Shown: positions 56,694 through 64,000 of the stretch, one piece after another | Numbering within the stretch: position 1 is the stretch's first letter | Layout of the letters: every line of letters starts with the position of its first letter | Source: Fibrobacterota bacterium | Lineage (GTDB): Bacteria > Fibrobacterota > Fibrobacteria > UBA11236 | Assembly (NCBI GenBank): GCA_028287505.1 | Contig: JAQBPN010000084.1 | Location: forward strand, 22,147 to 86,146 | DNA: 64,000 nucleotides | Direction of reading: 5' to 3' | Notes under the pieces: model-generated | Seen by the model: only the letters and a program-made list of their open reading frames with translations | What the model was told of the DNA's origin: nothing | Database searches by the model: none | Program-made: the position numbers and the translations under genes

Positions 56694-58340
56694 ATGAAAT
56701 TGAAATTGCTGTTGGCAGCCGCCCTCGCCGCTCAGGTCTCCTACGGTCAGGGTTTCTTCACCAAAGGCCTCACCAAGCTGGCCAAGGCGGTCGGGAACCT
56801 GACCACCGCCAAGGTCGCCAACCTGGACGGGGTGGTGGCCACGGTCAATATCGGCAGCAATCTCCATACGGACAAGCTGGGAACGATTTCCCAATCGTTT
56901 TTCAACGGCTGGAAATCGGGCGGCGACGCCGTCAGCGTCATGTTCTCCAAGAAGGACCTGCCGGGCTTTTTCAAGATCGACGGCAGCGTCACGGTAGACG
57001 GCAAGCCCATGGATTACCTGACGGCGGGCAACTATGGCCTGGTTTCCGATGCCAACCCCGCGGCGCGCAAGATCGAAATCACCACCACTTCCGGGCAGAA
57101 GGCCAGCTTCAAGATCGAACCGTGCCGCAAGATGATCAAGCTGATTTCCATCAACGGACAGAAGGACGGCGATATCAAGGTGGACCTCAGCAAGGATGTG
57201 GAGCTGGAACTGGGGGTTCCCGCCGGCATGGAAAACGCCATGATGAAGGTCAGCGTCGCCATCAACCAGATGAGCGTCAAGAGCATCTACGACGTATGCT
57301 ATACGCACGCGGCTCCCAAAATCATCGTCCCCGCCAGCGCGTTCCGCAACGTCGGCGTCGCCCCCGCGAGCACGGCCCTATACAGCTTCAAGAACAGCTA
57401 CCTGTCGGTGGGCGTGGAAACCGTCGAAGACGCGAAGGAAGTCACCGGGAGCTTTTCCGCCCTCAGGTATTCCGCCTCCTACAACGACGGCAAGCTGGTC
57501 ACGGTCACGGTGGAGCCGAACTTGAACAAAGGACTGGCGTCCAAAGGGACGGACAAGCAATTGGACATGAAGTACGATTTCTTCAAGCCCAACGCCTTCA
57601 TGAGCCGCCCGTTCGAACAGATGAAAACCATCGGCCTGAAATCCTTTTCCATCCGGGGCACCACTTACCACCAGTCCTCTTCCACTTCCACCTCGGAAAC
57701 CGCGACGACCATCACCACTACCACGACCACTACCACCTTGCAGTTCCCGATGCAGCCCGATTCGGTCTGGGACGGCCTTATGGAGCGGGCCTATCCGGAT
57801 TTCATCGCCGTGATCGAATCGGAGATGGGCGCCAAGGTCCTTCCCGTCGAAGCCGTCTCCCATTCCGACGCCTACAAGAACACCGTCGCATTCGCCAAGG
57901 ACGACGCCAATACCAAGGTCGCATTCGCCCGGTCGTTCCGCGATACGAAGGTGATGTCCGCATTCATGCCGGTGACGGAAGGCTATGGATCCAACGGGAT
58001 CAACGAGAAGCTCATGAACCAGGCCGGGGCCGACGGGCTGCTTACGATGACCCTGGATCTGGAGATCTCGTCCGACGGCAAGCTCGTTCTCATGGTCCCG
58101 AAATTCGGCTTCGAAATGGTCGGAAGGACCAATGGCCCCATTGTGGATACCAAGTATTGCTCCGGCAGCATCCAAAGCAACACCGGCGTCGGTTTCAAAA
58201 CCCCTATCACACCCGCGGAATTGGAAAAGATCATCCGCAAATCCGATTTGGTGGCGGTTTTCCGCAAGGGGCTGCAGGACCTCAAGGAAAAGGAAAAGGC
58301 CAACGGCGACTATGCGCCGGTATGGGCCCTGCAAAAATGA
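56694..58340 (+). CDS. Secreted hypothetical protein
   Basis: Signal peptide MKLKLLLAAALAAQVSYG; strong native codon bias; Ser/Thr run; no recognised domain. Confidence 0.8.
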   Translation: MKLKLLLAAALAAQVSYGQGFFTKGLTKLAKAVGNLTTAKVANLDGVVATVNIGSNLHTDKLGTISQSFFNGWKSGGDAVSVMFSKKDLPGFFKIDGSVTVDGKPMDYLTAGNYGLVSDANPAARKIEITTTSGQKASFKIEPCRKMIKLISINGQKDGDIKVDLSKDVELELGVPAGMENAMMKVSVAINQMSVKSIYDVCYTHAAPKIIVPASAFRNVGVAPASTALYSFKNSYLSVGVETVEDAKEVTGSFSALRYSASYNDGKLVTVTVEPNLNKGLASKGTDKQLDMKYDFFKPNAFMSRPFEQMKTIGLKSFSIRGTTYHQSSSTSTSETATTITTTTTTTTLQFPMQPDSVWDGLMERAYPDFIAVIESEMGAKVLPVEAVSHSDAYKNTVAFAKDDANTKVAFARSFRDTKVMSAFMPVTEGYGSNGINEKLMNQAGADGLLTMTLDLEISSDGKLVLMVPKFGFEMVGRTNGPIVDTKYCSGSIQSNTGVGFKTPITPAELEKIIRKSDLVAVFRKGLQDLKEKEKANGDYAPVWALQK

Positions 58341-58378
58341 GCGTTTAACGGGGAAGGATATGTATTTTCCATGCATCC

Positions 58379-58795
58379 ATGCATGAAAAAGACCTGAGCC
58401 TCCTGGCCAGAATCCTGCCCCACATGTTCGCCCGGTGGCGCCTGCCCCGGGACTTCGAGATCCTGGCGGAACATCCGGACGGCCGCATTCTCATCGATGC
58501 CCTGGCCGGCGCCGCCATCCACGAAACCGCGGGAACCCTCGACCTCACGATTGCCCGGGAACTGAAGGCCGGCCTGGACAGCCAATTGGAGCAAAGAGGT
58601 ATCGCCCGGGATACCCTGTGGGAAGCGACGGTCGCAATCGTCGTCGACACCAGCCGGGTCAAAACCGACCGCAACAACATCGTCCATTTCGATTTCCGCA
58701 TCACGTCCCGGATCCGCGCGGAATCGGGAACCTACGAGGGCGCCCAGGACGAGGAGCATGTCTGGCATTCACGGGCGGAGGGGGCGGAGGAATAA
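58379..58795 (+). CDS. Hypothetical protein
   Basis: 138-aa ORF with protein-like composition filling the gap between genes. Confidence 0.65.
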   Translation: MHEKDLSLLARILPHMFARWRLPRDFEILAEHPDGRILIDALAGAAIHETAGTLDLTIARELKAGLDSQLEQRGIARDTLWEATVAIVVDTSRVKTDRNNIVHFDFRITSRIRAESGTYEGAQDEEHVWHSRAEGAEE

Positions 58796-58799
58796 CGCG

Positions 58800-59018
58800 T
58801 CAGTCGGTGGCTTTGTCCACGGCTTTATCCAGTTTCTTGCCCGCCTTTTCCCCCAAGCCGTCGGGTTCCACCGCATCATGGATGGAGTTGGATTTGGTCC
58901 CGTCCAGCTTTTCGCCCATTTTCTCGGCGCCGCCTTCCTTGCGGCAACCCGTGTTCAGGGTCAGGGTGGCGGCCATCAGGACGGCGGCGAGCACGGCGGG
59001 AATCGTGGATTTCTTCAT
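58800..59018 (-). CDS. Small lipoprotein with AEKxGxKLD repeats
   Basis: GAGGA RBS; MKKSTIPAVLAAVLMAATLTLNTGC; AEKMGEKLD / GEKAGKKLD. Confidence 0.8.
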   Translation of the reverse strand: MKKSTIPAVLAAVLMAATLTLNTGCRKEGGAEKMGEKLDGTKSNSIHDAVEPDGLGEKAGKKLDKAVDKATD

Positions 59019-59175
59019 GGTATTCCTCTTGGGTAGCCCCCTACCGGATGGACCGGTCCTGGGGCGGGTTCCACCCGAAACTAGGTTTCCACTAGTCGGA
59101 AGCAATGGGGAAAAAGAGCGGGGCGCGCATGGCGGACGTTCTGCGCCTGGGAGAACTCATCCACTCGCAATTCTG

Positions 59176-59208
59176 AAAGGGCGCGAAGTTCCCTGGAACC
59201 CCGCGCCT
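59176..59208 (-). terminator. Rho-independent terminator downstream of the DEAD-box helicase
   Basis: On the minus strand GGCGCGGGGTTCC-AG-GGAACTTCGCGCC (with G-U pairs) followed by CTTT. Confidence 0.6.
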
Positions 59209-59249
59209 CTTCTGGAACCCGGCTCGGAATCGGGAGTCCGAGGGACTCC

Positions 59250-61061
59250 TTAGAATTCGGCGCGACGCGCTTTGACGGGCACGCCCTTGATGCGGACCTT
59301 CTTGAACACGGCCACGATGGTGTCGAGGCTGTCCTCGGGCACTTCCGCGATGGTGTGCTTTTCCTTCACCTCGATGTTGCCGAAAGCTTTTCCGGGAATG
59401 CCGGTTTCCCCCGCCAATGCGCCCAGGATGTCCTTGGGACGGACTCCCTGCAGGGTGCCCACGTTGATGAACAGTTTGGCGTGGGTGGCGCCTTCGAATT
59501 CGGCCATGTCCTTGGAGGCGGGTTTATTCTTCCACTCCCGCTTGGGCCGGTCCTCGGCGACATTGTCGCTGCGGCTGGGCCGATCGTTGTATCCACCGCG
59601 ATCGGGGCGGGGTCCGCGGTCACCGTTACCTCCGCGGTCAATGTTACCTCCGCGGTCGCCGTAGCCTCCGCGATCCTGTCCGCCCTTGCGATCGCTTCGA
59701 TCGCCGCGGTCGCGGGGATCGAATCCGCCGCCCTCGCGGCCGGCGTTGAACTGCTCCGGTTCGCGCGTCTGCGCTTCCGGCAGGGTCAGCTTGAGCATGG
59801 CGGCGGCCACGTCCGACGCGGTCACATCCCCTTCAATCAGCGTATCCACCATGGCGTGGAACCGGTCCAGGCCGCCCGCGGCCAGGGTCTCGCGGATCTT
59901 GTCCAGAACCACCGAGTGCTGGGCCGATTCAACCTGATCCAGGGTGGGCACGGCGCGGCGCGTGATCTTCATCTTGGCGAAGCGTTCGATGTTGCGCAGG
60001 CGGAAGATGTCCTTGCCGGAGGCGAAGCTCAGGGCCAGGCCCTTCTTGCCGGCGCGTCCCGTGCGGCCGATGCGGTGCACGTAATCCTCTTCGTCCTTGG
60101 GCAGATCATAGTTGACGACCATCTCCACGTCCTTGACGTCGATGCCGCGGGAAGCCACGTCCGTGGCTACGAGGATTTCGGTGGTGCCGCTGCGGAACTT
60201 GGCCATGATGCGATCACGCATGGCCTGCTTGTGCTCGCCGTGCAGGCCTTCCGCGGAGTAGCCGCGCGCTTGGAGGTGTTCCACCAGTTCGTCCACCCCG
60301 ATGCGGGTATTGCAGAACACGATGCCGAGTTTGACGCGGTGGAAATCCAGGACGCGGCTCAGGGCCTCGGCCTTCTGGTAGCGCTGGACTTCCATGTACG
60401 CCTGTTCGATGGCGGGGATGGTCAGGTTTTCCGGCGTGGATTTGATCATCAAGGGATTCTTGAGGAAGGCCTGGGCCAGGCGCTTGATGCCCGGCTGCAT
60501 GGTAGCCGAGAACAGTACCGTCTGGCGTTCCGCCGGGATCCGTCCCACGATCTTCTCCAGATCCTCCTGGAAGCCCATGTCGAGCATTTCGTCGGCTTCG
60601 TCGAGCACCACCAGCTTGACCTTGTCCAGCTTGAGACTGCCGCGCTCCAGATGATCGATCAGGCGCCCGGGAGTGCCGATGACGATGTGGGCGCCGCGCT
60701 TGAGGCCGAACAATTGGCGGTCATAAGCCTGGCCGCCATAGATGGGAAGCGCTCGCAGGTTTTTCTTGTGCTTGCCCAGCTTGCCGATCTGTTCGGCCAC
60801 TTGGATGCAGAGCTCGCGGGTGGGGCAGAGGACGAGCACCTGAACGGCATCGCTGCCGGTGTCGGTTTTCTCGACGGCGGGAACGGCGAAGGCGATGGTC
60901 TTTCCCGTCCCGGTGCCGGACTGGCCGATCACGTCGCGGCCTTCCAGGATGGGAGGGATGGCTTCGCCCTGGATGGCGGTGGCGATTTCGAAACCCATTT
61001 CCTCGATGCTTTTGAGCACTTCTTTGGAAAGGGACAAGGCTGTGAACGGAACTTTGGACAT
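59250..61061 (-). CDS. deaD: DEAD-box RNA helicase, DeaD/CsdA-like, with C-terminal DbpA RNA-binding domain
   Basis: GTGKT, PTREL, TPGR, DEAD, SAT, SRGID, HRIGRTGRAG; DbpA domain LFINVG..VRPKDILGAL. Start ATG 61061 after AGGAG. Confidence 0.9.
   Translation of the reverse strand: MSKVPFTALSLSKEVLKSIEEMGFEIATAIQGEAIPPILEGRDVIGQSGTGTGKTIAFAVPAVEKTDTGSDAVQVLVLCPTRELCIQVAEQIGKLGKHKKNLRALPIYGGQAYDRQLFGLKRGAHIVIGTPGRLIDHLERGSLKLDKVKLVVLDEADEMLDMGFQEDLEKIVGRIPAERQTVLFSATMQPGIKRLAQAFLKNPLMIKSTPENLTIPAIEQAYMEVQRYQKAEALSRVLDFHRVKLGIVFCNTRIGVDELVEHLQARGYSAEGLHGEHKQAMRDRIMAKFRSGTTEILVATDVASRGIDVKDVEMVVNYDLPKDEEDYVHRIGRTGRAGKKGLALSFASGKDIFRLRNIERFAKMKITRRAVPTLDQVESAQHSVVLDKIRETLAAGGLDRFHAMVDTLIEGDVTASDVAAAMLKLTLPEAQTREPEQFNAGREGGGFDPRDRGDRSDRKGGQDRGGYGDRGGNIDRGGNGDRGPRPDRGGYNDRPSRSDNVAEDRPKREWKNKPASKDMAEFEGATHAKLFINVGTLQGVRPKDILGALAGETGIPGKAFGNIEVKEKHTIAEVPEDSLDTIVAVFKKVRIKGVPVKARRAEF
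59581..59720. repeat. Degenerate 18-bp coding repeat (DRGG units)
   Basis: Encodes DRKGGQDRGGYGDRGGNIDRGGNGDRGPRPDRGGYNDR. Confidence 0.8.
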
Positions 61062-61300
61062 GGAACTCCTGATTGGACCGGCGCGATCGGCCGGAACGGC
61101 GATAAGGCGGGTAGGGGAGAATAGCTTTTTATCCGGGATCGGCCAATCCCGCTTTTTGGGGAACCGGCGGATATGGGGAAGTGCATGGGGAAGAAAGGCC
61201 GTAATGGAGGTGAACGGAGGCGAACGCCGCAAAATCCCGGGGGGATCGGGGCGCTGAAGCCCCGTCCCTGCGGATCCCGGAACCGAGGGAAGCCCTCGTC

Positions 61301-62065
61301 TCAGTATGACGGCGGCTTGGGAGCCGTGTCCACCGGAACGGGGACGGGAATGGTATCCGTCTTGATGGTCGTCGTATCCTTCGTGCCGGTCGTATCGTTC
61401 TTGATCACGGTGGTATCGGTCGGATTGCCGGTCACCAGTCCGATTATGCCGCAACCGATGCGGCCGTCCGAGCCGCCCGCGGGTTGGGTCATGTAGTCGT
61501 CCGGAAGGGCGTGGACCACCACGCTGCGTCCCAACACGGAGCGCGATGCCGTATCCAGGTCGGCAGCCGAATCCTTGATGGGCCCGCCGGCCAACGCGGT
61601 TACGGTGCTCAGCGTGAAGACGCCCGTAATGATCTCGAAATGGCCCACTCCATTCGTATCGACCTGGAGATTGGGCAAATCGCCCCTATGATGCGACGGG
61701 AGAGTGTCGAACGGGTTGCCATGGATTTCCCCCGCGGACGCGAAATGGCCTCCGGAGGCTTCCGGCGAGGTGCAATTGCCGAATTGATGCACATGGATGG
61801 CGTATTGCGTGCCTGGGAATAGGCCGGAGACGGTTCCTTGCACCAGTATGGAATCGCCCAGTTCCTTGAAGGTGACAGTTCCCGTGAGGTTACTGTCGGT
61901 GTAGCCGCGGATTGCGGCGGTGGCCATGGCCGAGGCCAACGGGAATTGGCTGGTGGGACTCGTTCCGCTGTCGTTGTCATTGTCATTCCAGCAACCGGCC
62001 ATCAGCAGGCCGGCCAAAGGCGCGGCAATGGCCAGGGTTTTCATGCGGAGAGGAAGGGCCTTCAT
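61301..62065 (-). CDS. sodC: Cu/Zn superoxide dismutase lipoprotein
   Basis: Lipobox MAGC; IHVH, GGHF, HGNP, HRGDLPN, VVH, GRIGCG; Thr-rich tail. Confidence 0.92.
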   Translation of the reverse strand: MKALPLRMKTLAIAAPLAGLLMAGCWNDNDNDSGTSPTSQFPLASAMATAAIRGYTDSNLTGTVTFKELGDSILVQGTVSGLFPGTQYAIHVHQFGNCTSPEASGGHFASAGEIHGNPFDTLPSHHRGDLPNLQVDTNGVGHFEIITGVFTLSTVTALAGGPIKDSAADLDTASRSVLGRSVVVHALPDDYMTQPAGGSDGRIGCGIIGLVTGNPTDTTVIKNDTTGTKDTTTIKTDTIPVPVPVDTAPKPPSY

Positions 62066-62288
62066 GGGAAGCTCCTTTCGTAGGGATGGAAATCGGGGTG
62101 CGAGCCGAGAGTAAGATCAAAATAAACTCGGGACGGCCGGAAGCGAAAACATTCGCCGCGCCCCCAGGCGCCACATTGGCAGGCCTCCGCGCTTCCATTT
62201 TTTCCGCACGCAATTGCGGGAAAGTTTAATTTGGAGACTTCGAATGTCCCCGGATGGATTACTCCGTCCCTTCCCAGCTGGAGGCTCC

Positions 62289-63416
62289 GTGAAGACGAAA
62301 ACCAAATCCCGCGCGCAGGCCGAAATCGAAAACCTCCTGGAGCACACCAACGTCCGCATCGGCGGCGACAGGCCGTGGGATCCGGAAATCCACGATGAAC
62401 GCTTCTTCGAGCGCGTGCTCGCGCACGGCACCCTGGGGCTGGGAGAGTCCTACATGCAGGGCTGGTGGGATTGCGAGTCCATCGATGAATTCTTCTGCCA
62501 ATGCCTGCGCGGCGGTCTCCAGGAAAAGGTGGATCGCAAGCCCATGCTGATCCTTTCCGCGATCGAAGCCAGGCTCCGCAACCGCCAATCGAAATTCGAG
62601 CCCATGGGCACGGTCCGGGCGCATTACGATCTGGGCAACGATCTTTACGTGGGCATGCTCGACGGGAACATGGTGTATACCTGCGCCTACTGGAAGGACG
62701 CGCACAACCTGGAACAGGCCCAACTGGACAAGCTCGATCTGGTATGCCGCAAACTGGAACTGGAAAAAGGCATGCGCATGCTCGACATCGGTTGCGGCTG
62801 GGGCAGCCTATGCAGGTTCGCCGCGGAGAATTACGGCGTCGAGATGGTCGGCATCACCATCGCCGGGGAGCAGGCCAGGCTGGCCCGGGACATGTGCAAA
62901 GGCCTGAAGGTGGAAATCCGCGTGCAGGACTACCGGGAGGTGGACGAAGAGTTCGATCGGGTGGTCTCGCTGGGAATGTTCGAGCACGTGGGCGTCAGGC
63001 ATTTCCGCCCCTATATGAAAATGGCCCATCGCTGCCTCAAGGACGGCGGCCTCTTCCTGCTGCACACCATGGGGGGCAACAAATCCTACACGGAGACCAA
63101 CGATTGGATCGACAAGTACATCTTCCCGGACTCCATCATCCCTTCCATCGCCCAAATCGGCGAGGCCGTGGAGAATCTTTTCGTCATGGAAGATTGGCAC
63201 AATATCAGCACCGACTACGATCTCACCCTGCTTTCCTGGCACGCCAATTTCCAGCGCGCCTGGCCGCAATTGCGGGACCAGTACGGAGAGACCTTCAAGA
63301 GGATGTGGGACTATTACCTGTTGTCGTTCGCGGGACTGTTCCGGGCGCGTCAGAACCAGGTCTGGCAGATCGTGCTCTCGAAGAACCGCCCGTCCCAGTA
63401 CCGGTCGGTGCGGTAG
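62289..63416 (+). CDS. cfa: Cyclopropane-fatty-acyl-phospholipid synthase
   Basis: LGLGESYM, HYDLGN, YTCAYW, LDIGCGWG, SLGMFEHVG, WIDKYIFP, RMWDYYL. GTG start after GGAGG. Confidence 0.93.
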   Translation: MKTKTKSRAQAEIENLLEHTNVRIGGDRPWDPEIHDERFFERVLAHGTLGLGESYMQGWWDCESIDEFFCQCLRGGLQEKVDRKPMLILSAIEARLRNRQSKFEPMGTVRAHYDLGNDLYVGMLDGNMVYTCAYWKDAHNLEQAQLDKLDLVCRKLELEKGMRMLDIGCGWGSLCRFAAENYGVEMVGITIAGEQARLARDMCKGLKVEIRVQDYREVDEEFDRVVSLGMFEHVGVRHFRPYMKMAHRCLKDGGLFLLHTMGGNKSYTETNDWIDKYIFPDSIIPSIAQIGEAVENLFVMEDWHNISTDYDLTLLSWHANFQRAWPQLRDQYGETFKRMWDYYLLSFAGLFRARQNQVWQIVLSKNRPSQYRSVR

Positions 63417-63441
63417 GGCGGGGGGCTTCTTGGCGCGGAAT

Positions 63442-63966
63442 TCAGGCTACGGCTTCCGCCTGCTGCCCATGGCATTTCTTGTATTTTTTCCCGCTGCCGC
63501 AGGGGCATGGATCATTCCGGCCTATTTTGGGGCCTTCCAACCGGACCTGTTTGACGGGAGGAGTGCGTCCGTCGTCGAAGTACCATGAGCCTTCGAGCTT
63601 CACGAAGGTGGCCAGCTCGTGATGTTTGTTTTCCTCGCCCTTTTCGCGATACTTCACGATGAACTCGACCTGGCCGGTGGCGTCCGCGGGGCCGCCTTTT
63701 TCCGTGGACACGATTTCAAGTCCGTCCCACTCGGAATTCCGCGACCAGTCCTCGATGCCCTTCCGGTCGAATTCCTTCCTTCTGGCGGGAGAAACCGAGT
63801 TCAGGATGAAATCGATTTCATGCGTAACAAAGGCCGTATACCGGGCCCGCATCAGATCGACCGCGGATTCGGGGGTTTTCAGCCCCTTCAACACCGGCTC
63901 ACAGCACACGGAGAAGGTTTTTTGCGTGCCGCACGGACAAAGATCGTTTTCCATTTTCGGGATCAC
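63442..63966 (-). CDS. ychJ: YchJ family protein with SEC-C motifs
   Basis: [48 protein letters not shown]. Confidence 0.93.
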   Translation of the reverse strand: MIPKMENDLCPCGTQKTFSVCCEPVLKGLKTPESAVDLMRARYTAFVTHEIDFILNSVSPARRKEFDRKGIEDWSRNSEWDGLEIVSTEKGGPADATGQVEFIVKYREKGEENKHHELATFVKLEGSWYFDDGRTPPVKQVRLEGPKIGRNDPCPCGSGKKYKKCHGQQAEAVA

Positions 63967-64000
63967 CTCGGTTTAAGCTTGGCATGAAAATTAATAAACC

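Noticed and set aside
1-64000. tRNA, rRNA, IS elements, prophage
   Set aside because: No cloverleaf, rRNA motif, transposase, integrase or phage structural gene was recognised by eye; a tRNAscan/Infernal run would be needed to exclude small RNAs.

Overview
GC-rich bacterial chromosomal window. It is most consistent with an environmental Fibrobacterota genome (inference from a TIGR02147-family gene coupled to a lipoprotein, a DUF2341-LamG protein, and several secreted enzymes with degenerate T9SS-like C-terminal tails). About 53 protein-coding genes are supported. No rRNA, tRNA, CRISPR array, integrase or transposase was recognised. Main elements: (i) a ~16.5 kb minus-strand aryl polyene (APE) type II PKS-like cluster, apeC to apeR, that also encodes an MIO ammonia-lyase and an FAD-dependent halogenase-like enzyme, lacks an in-operon apeB methyltransferase, and has a 24-bp tandem repeat multiplying the lipobox of apeN; (ii) a PPi-PFK / PIG-L deacetylase / stand-alone SIS operon suggesting a NagA/NagB-independent amino-sugar route; (iii) an 1103-aa DUF2341-LamG-collagen(~150 GXY)-beta-propeller protein; (iv) a TonB-dependent receptor / YfiR / CHASE8-HAMP-GAF hybrid kinase operon; (v) a TIGR02147 + large lipoprotein pair; (vi) a caspase/clostripain-fold lipoprotein paired with a small tail-anchored protein; plus housekeeping genes (DEAD-box helicases, sodC, cfa, ychJ, yaiI, ABC1 kinase). 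All family calls come from motifs recognised by eye; no database search was run. Many starts were re-chosen downstream of the ORF-track starts.
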